Part shown: piece after piece, positions 38,840 through 52,623 of the stretch | How positions within the stretch are numbered: the first letter of the stretch is position 1 | Layout of the letters: each line of letters starts with the position of its first letter | Source of the DNA: Bispira polyomma | Lineage: Eukaryota | Reading direction: 5' to 3' | Length of the DNA stretch: 64,000 nucleotides | Assembly: GCA_965649765.1 (NCBI GenBank) | Contig: OZ287757.1 | Location: forward strand, 3,410,001-3,474,000 | Program-made: the position numbers and the translations under genes | Notes under the pieces: generated by a model | Told to the model about the DNA's origin: nothing | Seen by the model: only the letters and a program-made list of their open reading frames with translations | Databases searched by the model: none

Positions 38840-41800
38840 TGTGCAAGGTGCTTACATAAGGGCGTTATGATTGTTAGTCTATTTCGCACTATAAATTTAG
38901 AATAAAATGAAGAAATATAAAAAACCCTAGTGCTGACCCCTTTTGAACAGAAGATGCAGCACTGGGGTTGGAGTAGCTGTGATATACAAATAGTTTGAAA
39001 TAGGCAGTACTGTAATGTATAACATTTTCGCGGCTGACTAACCATGCTACTTTGTGACAGTGACGAAGACAGCCGAGTCAAATGATAGTGAGTTTTGAGG
39101 TCAAGGTCATAAGATGCAGCCTGACCTTGTACTGGTGTGAAGGTGAATATTAATTTGAGAAGTAATGAGTCTTATGCAGTTTGGGATATTTATTTATAAA
39201 TCTTTAGCTTATATATACAACTATACAGAGAATTTTATATTAGAACTGAAATTTAAAATGCCAAAGCCAAACTAAAATTTAGAAGAAACAATAGAAGGGA
39301 TGATAGAAGGAGTAGGAGAGGTTTTTTGCAGGTAAGTTCATACTGTATCTGACTTCCAGCACCCATGTTTTTAGATGTGCTGGAGTTTTATGCTAGAATT
39401 GAAGGCTAAGGAGGCGCTAGAGCGCCTGAAACAATTGAAAGAATGACCATCACTGGGTATTTATCTGTGTCAGAATAACTTTTAAGGAACATCTTAACTT
39501 GTCAGTTAAGCAGAGGCCTTGTTTGAAAGATTTGCTAACAAATGATCTATGGAATTTTGAAAAAGAGATTTGGCAGCCATAACAGGACACAGCCAAGGGC
39601 TGCTGAGTAATGGTAGTTGTATAATATCAAATAAAATCCTAGCCTGGTTTGTCTTGGACCATTTTACTATTAAGTGGATACCAAGAGGAGCAAATAAGAT
39701 ATCTGACCTTGTGACATGTCTAGTGGGGTCAACGGGGGTACCTGAAGAGGGTGTGAGATTTAATGTACAGAAGGCTGTTTTAAAAGATTTAGGATGCTCA
39801 CAGGTTGGAGAAATTTGTAGTAGCTAATTTAAGTCCAAAACCCCCTTCAGTGTATATTTGTAGTTGATTTCTAGAGATCTAGTGTAAAGAGGTAATCTAG
39901 GGTCATAGAGACCTGTGTTTTGTATGTTCAAAACGTTGGTGTTGTGACTTAATGCTAAAAGATAATTTGTGATAACTTTGTGAGAGATTCCTGATTGGGT
40001 CAGGAACTTAAAGAAAGCTATAATACTGTTAAAACTAAAAGTTTGTTTTAAGTCGTCATTGGCTGTGAAATATAGAAGCAATTGAATCTGATTGTCATAC
40101 TGTTTCTGTGTTCTTGGTTTGTGATTCTGTTCTATACGTCTAAAAGCGACTTTTACCAGTGAAGTGGCTTGTATGGAATTGTCTGAAATTATATATAACT
40201 TTCAAGGGTAAATAAGTCAAGTGGAATGGCATACATAATGAAGTTGTCTGTAATAAGGTTTTTGACATAATCAGCATAATGTACTGATTCATACTATCGA
40301 GATCAAGCATCTGTGATTACATTATCTTTGCCTAGAATATGACTGATAATTTAGTATTTTTTGCCAAATGTTTCGAAGGCATAGACCTGGATATTCATCT
40401 CTGGTCCTAGAAGACTACACAACAGCTACCACAGCCATGTTGTCAGACTGAATCTTATTTATTTTATTCTTCCATTCATGACCCCAGGGTTTTAATGCTA
40501 TTAAAATGTTGACCATTTCGAAATGCACAATGAAAAAATTGTGAGTCATGATAAAAAGAACAGCAACCTTATCTGAGATGCCACCTATGTCCGATAAGCA
40601 GGTGTTAACCTGTAGTAAAATGTCAATATCTTTGTTTAAATAAATGTACTTGGAAGTACCATTGAACTGCTTTAGAAAAAGCAGAACCCACTGTAAGTCT
40701 TTATGAAGTTCGCTGATTAAGATGATAGCATTCCGACTCGTGGATTTACAAAGTTCAAGCAAGAGCATCCTGTCTATAAAAATCCGAGATGGTTTAATAC
40801 AGCGATGTATGTACAGTAGATTACCAAGCAATGGCTGGTAATTTTGTTTCCCAACTTTCCCTTAGAATTTAAAATCAACACAAGTATTATGAATCAAATT
40901 TAGCTTGTCTTTGTCTATACTGAGGGTTTTTCGTCAATGTCGAAAACAATGCCCATACATACAACTCATTTGCTGGGTGGTACTAGTTTACTGGGGTTAA
41001 TAGGAAGACCTAAGTCTGTCAGTATTTGCTGTAGAGTTTCAAAAGCTAAGGTGGCCTTATCTTTATGTTCTATGAATATGAAGTCATTGATGTAGTTCAT
41101 AACTGTATAACCTTTTTGTTTCATTATGAAGGTAATACAGTCAGAGGTCACCATAAAAGCAGCAGTCCCGTAAGTAAGTCCAAAAGTAAAACTTTAATCA
41201 AGGAAGCATTGCTTTTTCCAGATATAACCCAGTTTCAAACAGTCATAAGGGTCTATTCTGAGATTACGAAACGTGTGTGCTACAAAATATTTGTCAACAG
41301 CTTCTGAAAAACTTCTAGTTGAGTATCGGTTCTTAACATTTGGGACTGATAATCTATCTCTATCATAAAGTGAAATTGGAAAGCCAAATTCAATGTATTG
41401 TAAGATGATATTGTCAGGGTAGTCTGTGAACTATTTCTTCAAATTTTCGTCTTTGAGATTATTCTTAAGAGGTATCCTGACTTGTTTATAATTGGAAACT
41501 TTTCTTAACAATTTCTTAACAATTTCTCAGCAAGTTTGTGATAAGAATTAATGTGTTTTTTTGCCTTTCTGGGCCTACGAATTTGAAGTAATTCTGTCTA
41601 TGACACCATAAGTTTTATTACTAAAAATAGTGAGGGCCTCATGTCTGACATTGTCAATACTGGTGTCTGATGATTCAACTGTCAAAATAGCATTGATCAT
41701 GATGTCTTTATTATGCACTAGTGTAGGTTTTTAAATCATAAAGTTTTCATTATGTACTAATAAAGGTTTTTGAATCATAACATTGTCATTATGCACTAAT

Positions 41801-41950
41801 ATAGTTTTCTGATTGATATGATCTTTAATAGGTTAGTGTACCTGATGATTATTGTTTGAATTGTTCTGTTGTTGAAAATTATGTTTGCAGACCTTGTCAA
41901 TGATATCTGTATAGTAAAAGGTTTTGTCCAATTTTGGAATGTGTATGTGC
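38840..41950 (-). mobile_element. Decayed Ngaro-like element 3 (partial RT, RNase H, YR and B/A2-like tail; gag not found)
   Basis: DYPDNIILQYIEFGFP (~41400), MNYINDF, LLYIHRCIKPSRIF, HFEMVNILIALK.WG, SDNMAVV, YR FRRSSASLAF...HGCWKS (~39350-39440); many stops and frameshifts; ends approximate. Confidence 0.85.
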
Positions 41951-41999
41951 AACATTATGCTCTGGAGTACTTTTTGACTGAGTTTTTACATACATTACA

Positions 42000-43368
42000 A
42001 TAAAACCCCAATGTTTACCTGCAATATATGCAGTTATAATTTTAATTAGATATTAATAATACGTATTACTACCAAGAACCTGAATAATAAAATTATAACA
42101 AAAAACTTTACTGACAGTCACTTGATACTGTAAAGCTGACCTGAAGTACATAATTACACAAAGTTTCTTAAAATTACATACATTACATTAGAATCTATCC
42201 CCATTGTAAAACTGAAATACATGCAGTCACAATTTTAAATATATTTTAAATGCAACTTACCAGTGAGCCCAATGCTGTCTCCCTGTCTGGCCATCAGCCG
42301 AGACTTCTTGGCCCTGTTCTTGAAGTCACAGAGCGACTGGTCATAGAAGAGGGGCTGTGCTGCAAAAAACTCCACCAACTGCTCCTCCTGCTCTTCTGAA
42401 AGTTGGTCGGTTACCTTTGCCTTCTTGCTAATCATAATCATAATCATCCTCCTCCTCATCATCATCCATGCCTGTATGGGGAGGGTCAGGATCCACATTC
42501 CGTTAGTTAGGCCCACACTCCCTGAGGTGATTGCTGCTGTGGCCAGACTGGTTTCAGTGCCTGGAGTGATGATAACACCTAAAGTGGCTCCTCCCTCAGT
42601 TGTGCCTGTGCCTAAAGCACCCTCTGGTAGAGTGGTGCCAGTACCCTCAGCTGTGATATTGGCTTGAGGAATATTTATCACAACACAGGCAACTCAGTTT
42701 TTTTCCTTAAACATGTGTTTCTGAGAAAGAATAAGTTCCTTGGTGTCTCCCTTCTTCTTCCCCTTCCCATTGCCCTTCTTTATAATAACTTTAGGAGGCA
42801 TTATTATTTATGACTTAAAGTTTTTTAGCACTTGAACAACTAAAATCAGTAATATCCAGTAGTAGAAATGTCCTTATACATGAAATACCTCATTTAAACT
42901 GCTCACCCAATAGCAGAATACACAACCACTTAGGGATAAGTTGTTGTCTTGCTGAGATCAACGAATATTGCTTTTTAGATCGTCAACCCATCTTCAGACT
43001 GGTCGGAGACAGATTTAAGACAGATTTGCCAATTTAGAATATCAGAGACCAGCTAAAGACAAACAAAACCCTATAAAGAGTTGTGGCACTGAGGTGGCAG
43101 GCTCTAAGGAACCTATCGCAGATCAGTGAGAGATAAAATAAAGACCCGTAGCAACCATTAGGATCATAGAGAAGAATCACTTGTAACCCAGGTAACCTCT
43201 CTAGAGCAGAACCTATTCAAGATCAACTAGAATCAAGCGGAACCCCCAGCAGCCTCCCCGGATCGAACGCGACAGAGTTTAAAGATTACAAAAGACTTTC
43301 AGCAACCTATCTCATTTTTCAGCTCGCAGCAGCTCTTTAAAGTGTCGGGAGGGCTGTGTGAATGGGCT
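42000..43368 (-). mobile_element. Truncated PIF/Harbinger transposon end carrying a disrupted MADF/Myb-SANT-like gene
   Basis: Terminus taagcccattcacac on the minus strand at 43368; ATG 42801; domain LSEEQEEQLVEFFAAQPLFYDQSLCDFKNRAKK ending at a gtaagt donor (42260); acidic tract is out of frame. Left boundary approximate. Confidence 0.65.
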
Positions 43369-45203
43369 TAAGTCAGGAGCCATTTTCACAAAAAAGGTCT
43401 TAGTCTTATCTTAATTAGTCTTCAGCTTAACATTTATTTCTCAAACACTTAAAACTGTCTTCTATTAGTCGTAGTGTTAAGTTCAAAGTTAACACTGATC
43501 AAAAATATTGTTTACTATCAGTTTACTATCATTGGGAATAAGATCAAAAAGTGTATTTTATCCTCATCCACCGTGGATGAAGTCATTATGATTCCACGCT
43601 ATGAACAGGGCAAGTGTTGTCTGTGAAAATACAACCTTTTTCTCAGCACCATTGTCCATTTAAAAAGTCATACTGTCCTTATGTAATGCTTGAAACAAAT
43701 GGATTGGAAGAAAGTCTAGGGTATATATTGCTAGAAGCCTGTGGAAACGAAAGTGAAACTACATCCACCCAGTAAGTGCCTAGATTTTGTTATGATAAAT
43801 AGTATGAACTGTAACCTCAACATTTTGTATTCAAGCGGATTATTTTGGTTCACTGGGATAATTCCAATGGCTTTGTATGTGTGATTCTACAAGAGTATAT
43901 TGTGAATATGTCATTATACGTGGACAACCATTGTAATTGTCTATTTCCACAATACTGTTTAGATAAAACATATCCCAGATTTCAACATCAGGTTTTGATC
44001 TTGATTAAGGATTGAAGTAAATGCAATAAAATTACAATTATTAGTTTATTATTAAATTAAGCCTGAGCAGTTACACTTATTAATGCTGGAACTTTCAGCT
44101 GGAAAACAAGTTAACATATATTGAAGACAATCCACTTGAATTAATTTTCATTATTGGCCAATATTTAATTAATATATCAAGACCAATTGAAAGTTTCTAT
44201 GTAAGTTAATTTTTATCTTACTAGCTTCCACTAGCTAAACTTACCAGTGATAACTTCAACTGAGATAAGGCATGTCTTATATATCCATTATATATTACAT
44301 TGATGGGTATTTTAAATGGCTTAGCCAAGTCGAACAATTTGGTTTCAAAGTGTATGTTATATCAGACAAATATATTAACCACAAATATAAGGCAAATTTA
44401 AATTAATTACTGCCAAAATGGTTCATGTAAGACCCGTCATACGATATGGCAGCACCCAGCTGATCTTCAGGCTAGAGGTATCAGCCCCAAAAAAACCTCC
44501 ATTGTCCATTCTTTTGTTTTTCACAAAAGTTTGAAAGCTAAATTTAAGACTATTTGTATGTTTTGAACGTGTATTAAACATAATAACACAAGAATGACTA
44601 TAATGTGTAGGTTGGGGATCGTATAAGTAAGAATCATGATGGCATAAAACAGTCTAGCAGTACTGCTAGATTTAACCATCCATGATAAAGACAGGAAGTG
44701 TAGATCGAACGCTAAAGCCACCAGTGTGCAATTATTAGCTGTACCTTGTAATGGAATCGACCAACTGTTTTACAGAATATGTGTTCAGAAGATGGAACAG
44801 CCAAAAAATTTCAAAAGGAAGTCATACATACAGATAGAATGAGTTCACAATGAGCTGATAAAATATATTTTTAATTGCTAGAAGATACACTATCATACCT
44901 GGAGCTTGTACTTTAGACTTAAAAATGACCTACTGGCATTAAACTTAAAGATGGCCTACTTGCATTATTTTGCCATAAGACTAATCATTGACAAAGTACA
45001 CAGTCTCAGACTGTATTTCCATATTTGAACATAACAGAATTTGCGATACATGCTCCTCATGTTACAATACATGTATAAATAAAAATGCTGTGGTAATAAA
45101 CACGATACAACTTATACACTGATCAGTTCCTTTTAAAAAAATATACTTGTAACAACATCACAATCACATTTATTACAACTCAATTTGGTTTCCATTTGAA
45201 AGT

Positions 45204-48200
45204 TCATCCCGGGATACCGTATGGAATTTTCTTTGGCCTTGACAATCGCGGTCTGACAGTTTTAGAGATTGGTGTAACAGTAGTAGAGTTTAAATTATCC
45301 TGTCCAGGTAAAACTGCTTGAACTATTGTTGTCATTGCTCCATTTGCAGTCAAATTCTCGTTTTTTACCATTTCAGTTACCCCTGGATCTATTCTCGTCT
45401 CTGACAAAAGTGAACTTGGAACATCTGTAGCTGTGTTAAAGCCTGTCATTATTCTTTCATCTAAAATGTAAATGATAGCACAGCATGTGATATTTATTAA
45501 TTGGGATATTTAACGTCCACTCTAGTACTAGTTTTATGTTATATTGGGATGGGTAGTTGGAAACGTTGGAGGAAACATTGTATACAGTTGATCAAGGTTC
45601 TGCACTAAAACAAGCTGCCCACAGTAAAGAACTACCATCTTTTTCACAGACATCAGCGAGAGTCAAACCCATGCCAGCTGACCCTACAGGTGAGAGACCA
45701 GTGATTGCAAAGTGCAATGATGGCTAAGCACTACGGCACCATGGCCCCCAGCACAGCATGTGTTAAATGGGAAAACGTCCTAGTAATAATCATAGTGTAG
45801 TTTAGTGCTGCTAATATACCTTACCTCCACAAGTACAGGTAACCTTCTCCAGTAACTGACAGTGCCACAGTGGCCTAGTGGTTATAAGTGTCTGCTTTAT
45901 AATTACTGGCCTCTCACCTCTGGGGAGCGAATCCCACAAAATCCTTCTTCATGTAAGAAAGGTAAAAATATGTTCCATTTCCAGCAACTGACATAAGCCA
46001 ATCTGAAGAACAGAGGCCTTGGGATAACTCAAGGTTAGTTAGTCTGTACATTAGAGAAGCCAATAGCCAATGGCTGTTCCACTGGCAAGATAGATCGAGA
46101 GCAGCCCTGATTTTGGGCACCCCGGACTTAATCCTGTAGCTTTCCCGATCAATCATGATGATCCGGACAGTCCGGATCAAAATCCATGTGATATTGGGAT
46201 CAAATAACGCCATCGTGAACTTTTGGAACATGTTCAGATAATGGGCCGATTGCGCTCGGATAATCAGGAGTAGCAAAGAGGAACCCTAAGACCACCCCAG
46301 TTGATATCATTGTCACCCCAATTAGTTTTGGTGTATTTCCCCCCCCCCATCTCCCTAAAACAACAAATTGGAATATTCATTGGCCTTGACCAACTGGGGT
46401 GGCTTTCCAGTCAATCATTTTGACACCCCGATTGATCACCACGGTTGTAAAGATCAACTGGGGTGGCTTTTCAGATTGTTAGGATCAACCAGGGTGGCTT
46501 GCCCGATAGTTTGGACTAGCCGGACTGAATGCGGGACAATCGTGATGACCCCAGAATAATCCTAACAATCGGGGAAGCCACATTCGTGTTTATGACCTTT
46601 CATACCCAAAACCCTAGACAAACAGAGAATTATCTGATTCCGTAAAACAAGGTATCAGCCAGGGTGATCTTTACAATCAGAATGGCCATTACGAGTAATC
46701 TTTTCGATTGGAATGGCTATTACGGATGGCTATTTACAATTGAAAAGGTCACCCCAGGTGATGTATAAGATTTAAGACCTGGGCCCCTGTCATCGTTGAA
46801 TCGCTTTGTCCCTAAAGATCACCCGGGGTGACCGCCGGATTATCGGAGGAATTTTTGAATATTTTAAGTATTTTCGGTCCTGGATCATAATCAGCCTATC
46901 ACAGCAAGATTCAGCAGGGTGCCACCTGGTTCATTAAAATCGGGGCTACTCCAGATCAATCTTGACAATGGAACAGCTACATAATTAGGGAGTTGCAGTG
47001 GTGATCCAAAGTTCTCTGGTTCGACTTTTGGTAGGGGGTTGATCTGATGAGAGGAAGGTTTCTGGTTTGACTCTTATTTGCGGATATCATCATTGTGCTA
47101 AATGTGAACACGCAATTGCATGCCTATTACAACCAAGACTATGTTGTAGGAGTATCAGAGCCTTAGATAATTATATATTAAAATGGCGCTATATAAATAC
47201 TGAATAATAATGTAGGGATACACCATAAACCAAACAAATTCTAAATCAATCACAGGCCTATGTATTATATACGTGGTGTTCGTTCAGTACTGTATTTTCA
47301 CCTGCAGTACTAGCTGTTGTTGAAAAAAAAATTACATAAAAATGATTAACTGCAATAGGAAACTGGAAGTATATCCATTAGTGTTCACAGCACCCATTCC
47401 TGTTTATATCCCAGTTAGGCATTATGCAGATAAACTCCTAAGCTTTACAATATATAATCAAAATTTGTGTTATACTCAAAAATCATGCATTTGCAAAATC
47501 AACATGTATTTCACTTTCACTGGTTTACAAGGGCCTAATTTAACTGTCCTTGACAGAATATTAATTAAAGCCACCCAGGCATCAGTGACTATCATTTTCC
47601 TAGATAAAGAGGGAGTGGTTTGAGGATTATTAAAGTTTTCAGGTTATTGAGTCTTAAGGTTCTTCAACCTGCCAATGGGGACAGGACACGATGGCAGATA
47701 ATTGATATATTTTACAGCTCCTCAAATTTTGCAAGTTACAGAAGCTCATCACATGTAGCCAGTGTTTCATGAGTATACGCTATTTGTTTTTCAGTAGTGA
47801 CATCCTTTGTATAGAATGCTTTGCCCAGTGGTTTATTTGTGGAGAAGTGAAAGTTTGTCAATTCAGAGTCATCTAGCATAGCATATTTGGCTGTTGCCTC
47901 AAAATAGCCACTATGATTGATGTACTCACTAAATCCTAGGTAAGTGTGAAAGAGACAGGAAAACAGCAGCTTATAAATGAACTTATTCCAGTTCTATCAA
48001 CGTCTCCAATGTTCTTTTAGCTTGTCACTGGGGATATAATGAGAACCCATACCATTGTACATGTTCATTACAATGCTGCAGGAAAACAACTACAAAAATA
48101 TGACTATTTGATAATGATATGTCTGGAATAAATTCAATTGTTGTAAATGCATGTTATTATGACCTAACTATAACATCACTTCACCTTCTGGTAAATCTGC

Positions 48201-50117
48201 TGATGACGTTGTAGTCCCAGTACTTATGATGATAGGCTCCCCATCTGCAGACCCAACCAATGCAGTGATCTGGGTTGTGTCAAAGTTCTGGTGTATCTGA
48301 TCAGCTGCAGGTAAGCTTATTGTATCCTGAAGATGTACATTTGGGCCCCTTCCTGAAAATGATACACAAAAATAATGCTATTTTTTGCTCCAAATCTTAG
48401 GCCTAAATCCAGCACAAAGGTATACTAGATTTAAGACTAAGGCTTGACTAAGTAAGTTAGTGAATACAGGCCCAGCTAAATCCCAGAGTCCAAACCTGAT
48501 TTTCTGCCCTTTTATCAGATTCCTTTAAAAATTGGAGCTGTTCAATACCCCATCCCTCCACCACATTTCATGTAAATCGATACAGTCGTTTTTGGGGTCA
48601 GTAATCTCAATAACAAACGAACAAAGCAAGATACACTATTGAAAGTATAACCTTCTCGGTGGAGGCAACTATACATTGATGATATTATAATTACTTGATT
48701 TACGGAAAACCTAAATATAGGCAGGAATGGTGTGCAAAATACTTTCTTACAAATGACCTAATTCTAGACCATTCCCAGTTCATCGAATTAAAATAGTTCT
48801 TAAATGTCATTTTATGCTGTAAGTAAAACTTCTTCAAAGAAACTGAAGCTCAACTCAAATGCCATATTGTAATCACTCTACATCAGGCCTAACCTTTACT
48901 TGTGACCATGCATTCAGTTTAGTCAGATGAATGACGAAAGTAACTTAAATTTGAGTTGAGTAGTAGTTGTAGTCTATTTACCTCTTGTCAACTGGTTTAG
49001 AATCAGTTCTAATGAATAGCTACCTGAGAAATTAACTTAAATATGAGTTTAGTAGGTTTGTAGTCTCTCTAACACTTTTCAACTATTTTTACATTCAGTC
49101 CGGATTTGCATTATGGGACTAGCTTTAAATCAAGGAAATAATATGTGTTTGTGAATAGACAACAATATGCTATGGGCTATAAACCCTAAACCATCCTTAT
49201 GGGAGGGTACTTAGTGGGGTGGTCATTACAAACACACCTCCCATCTCTGTAGGTGTGGGTTCAAATATCTGCCCTGACATGTTTGTGGGGAAATTGCACA
49301 AAGCATAAAACATTGACCAACTGTCTCTGATTTTCTCCACCAGTGAACCACCCATTGTATTGTAACACAAGATGCGTCGAAACAACACTAAACTGCAACC
49401 ACACACTAAACTGAACATCAACAGTTCCTACCTGCAATGCAGTAGTGATAAATCAGTCCAGCTACTAATGCACCACACACCAAACCCATACAGAAGGCTA
49501 TGATAGAAACAGCCTTGCATGTTCTGAACCAATGGAACTGATTTCTACGGTAACTAAGGGCATCCTTGTTGCTGATGAGATATCGATACTTGTTTTGTAC
49601 TGCCTCGTTTCCCCTATAACATCTCATGTCCACAGTTACCGACTCACTTGGTGAAGAACTTGCAGTAGATTTAATAGACAATGGTCTTTGGCTGTTATTT
49701 GTAAAATCGGTTCCGGTTTCACTTTCATTTTCATTGAAAGGACTATCATTGTCTTGATCTACTGAATCAAACACTTGATCTTCTTTGCTATGCTGATGAT
49801 GTTTCCCTGAATTTGCCCTATCCAAAGAAGTACGATTTTGAAGAGAGTGTTCTGATTTCCGTTTTTTGTCTGCAGTTGGCTCTTCTACATAACAGTTTTC
49901 TACTGATGATGACCTGCTTCGACCTATTGTATCTGGTCGGTGTTGCTTTTGGGATTTGGTGCTGTCTTGTTTCTCAAAGGTGTAGTGTTCTTCTTGATGC
50001 AGTGGAGTGCATACTTTGTCCAAATTGAAATATAATAGATAGTTTAGATTTCATGTGTGGTTCTGAATCCTAAATGTACATTTACATATATTTATTCTGT
50101 GTGTTTACTGGCGAGGG

Positions 50118-50180
<63 letters not shown>

Positions 50181-52623
50181 TTCATCACACTTAATTAATG
50201 GACTTAAAATAATTGAATGTTATTTAGAAAGAGTGGTGTTGTAAACTGCTATTTGGCAGACATTATCACAACAGAATTAAGCATCACATAAAACCTGCCA
50301 ATATACATGTATATGCAAGTACATATGTTGTATGTTAAATTTGTAGATATAGCATATATGTTGTGGTCAAAAAGTAAACATTAAAGTTAACTTTTATGTC
50401 ACAGAAGTGTGTTTCTTAAATATAAATAGTTATGCCATATGGTTGTCTCAAAACAGCATTCTTTATGTTTGTGTTTGCAATTTGTATTGTTCCTTTTTTA
50501 ATTATTCTATCAATTATTGTCAAAAGTCTCTTAATAAAAAAGAAAATGTTGCAGTATATGTACGCATTAAGAACTTCCGGAGAACTTCCGAAGTCTTCCA
50601 ATTAGCTCAACTGTGAAGCGTCTGCCTTGTGAGTAGTAGTAGGTCCACAGATCGAACCTGCCAGAGGTACAACTTTCATTCCAACATGACATTTGAAAAG
50701 ATCCCAAATACTCAAGTACATTTACCACATATCTATTTCTACTCATACTGTAATAATACCATGCTGAGTGTACCTGTTGAACGGTTGATGTCCAGTCTTG
50801 GCGGTGGGGCAGGAGCTTTGACATGTTTTTGTTCCTTTTTTTTCTTGGAATTATGTTTCTTCTTGTCCTTTGGATCCACTTTCGGAGGCAGGGTTGGTTT
50901 ATCTCTGGATTTGAAAGGCGAATTTAGACCGACTGTAAAATATATACATCCACAGTATATGGTTAATAATCCCCATCAAGGAGAAATACTTGGAAATAGT
51001 CGGACATGAGACGAAGGATTTATCTGTCTTTCGCATGCCATGGTAAGGCAAAATTTGTGAACATGACCAAAACATTTGTCTTGTATCGCCAACTGTGAAA
51101 TGTTCTGGCAGCAAGCTGGAGTTTTTGAATTTGGATATTTAACGTCCACTCTAGGTGGAAACGCTAGAGGAAACACTGCATACAGTTGATCAAGGTTCTG
51201 CACTGAAACCAGCGGCCCACGTTAAGGTGAGAGACCAGTGATTGTGAAGGGCAATGCTTGCTAACCACTAGGCCACCGCGGCCCCTAGCAAGCTGGACGT
51301 AAAGGATGGTATATATAGGGCTACCAGTGGTACAAGACAATTTGTCTCTTGCAACCTTTCCATACTATCATAGTGTGTGAAACCCACATGTTGAAACTCT
51401 TTAGAACATTCAACAGTCACATATACATGACAACAAATTCTGTTATATTGGGAGTCAATGTGAAAAGATGTGAGGTTAATTTCTTAAACATGTTAAAAAG
51501 AGTGTGCAGGATATTGAAGCAAATATCAAGTCATTTCTAACAACTTTATTACTGCATATTTGGGTGCCACTGAAATATCTATAATAGCAGTAATACAAAT
51601 AAAATGGCCAAGACAAATTTATTGACCAAAAACTGCCCCAAAACCGTTGTCATCAAATTTAGTTTATTGGTGGTGGAAAGAAAACAAGGGTTGTTGGTCA
51701 AGATTTCTGAACTGCAACTCACTGGCACAAAACACAAAGGTAAATATAACTGCTGTTTTCCTAACCCCTGGACACCCTCATAGAGGATTCATATGAACGT
51801 GTTATATATTAAGGGAAGGCAGACCAATAATTTACACACAACTTGTTTATTCTACACCAAACATGCAACTAGTTTATATATAAAAGTAATAGACTTATAA
51901 TACATACAGTTCATGCAAGGCATAGAGTCTACTCTCTCTCATCACCATGGTTACACGAGAATATTTAGAGTTTGCAAAAATGTTAGCTGTCAACAAGAAT
52001 TAGCCTGACATGGAACACCTGGTAGACGATATATTAGGTATCATAATGTACCCATGTAGGTTATTAACTGTCCTAGATCATTGCATATATATTTAATGGC
52101 AAATGTTATTATAGAAATACAATCTAATAGAAGATATATAGATAGGTACAGATATATATGAAAACACCAGCAAATCACCAGCAATCACTAAGTTTACCGT
52201 CAATGTTTACATTTCTACACCAAGGGCTTTATTCACAAAAGGACTCAAAAGGATTCAACAGTCTACCATTAAGAGAAAATTGAACATCAAGCAAATATCT
52301 GTTCTTACTATCATTGGGACAAAAACGAAAATGTTAAACTTTTCTACTAAAATCATACACCCAAATCGTAAGCTTAAGACTAACTTAAGACTGGGATCTT
52401 TTGTAAATATTGCCCCAGATAGCTCTACAGGTAAAATGTAGATGACTCACCAACCTGATTTGATGCTCTCCTTCCGAAGAGGCGGTAGTTTTGGTGGCTT
52501 GCTCTTGAGTTTAGACATGTCGGAAGCCCTCCGGAGCAGTACTTTCTTCACATTGTCATTAGCAACTGCATCAGAGCAAGAATGAAGTCTCTCTGGAACT
52601 GGCGGCCCATTGAATGAGCTCAT
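45204..52623 (-). CDS. Uncharacterised type II single-pass membrane protein, 5-6 coding exons (~444-505 aa)
   Basis: join 52623-52455, 50932-50774, 50013-49432, 48352-48185, (47935-47753, weak donor), 45460-45204; all phase-1 junctions, frame open; TM segment AVSIIAFCMGLVCGALVAGLIYHYCIA; Pro/Lys-rich N-terminus, Thr/Ser-rich C-terminus. The 50013 acceptor and 52455 donor were chosen for phase. Confidence 0.65.
45500..45749 (-). mobile_element. tRNA-derived SINE (second copy at ~51132..51285)
   Basis: Both copies share atttaacgtccactctag, gatcaaggttctgcact, ggtgagagaccagtgattg; the 51.3 kb copy starts ggggccgcggtggcctagtggttag on the minus strand. Confidence 0.7.
46072..46978. mobile_element. 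Non-autonomous TIR element (~43-bp imperfect TIRs)
   Basis: Left ggctgttccactggcaagatagatcgagagcagccctgatttt matches the reverse complement of right aaaatcggggctactccagatcaatcttgacaatggaacagct; TSD unclear. Confidence 0.75.
50120..50175. repeat. (TA)n microsatellite
   Basis: Directly visible. Confidence 0.95.
50601..50670 (+). mobile_element. tRNA-like SINE head (relative at ~24292..24359)
   Basis: A box tagctcaactgtgaagcg, B-box-like gatcgaacc; both copies end aacctgccagaggta. Confidence 0.5.

Noticed and set aside
47044-47090. CTGATGAG hammerhead core
   Set aside because: No GAAA after the putative stem II; it lies in SINE-like sequence.
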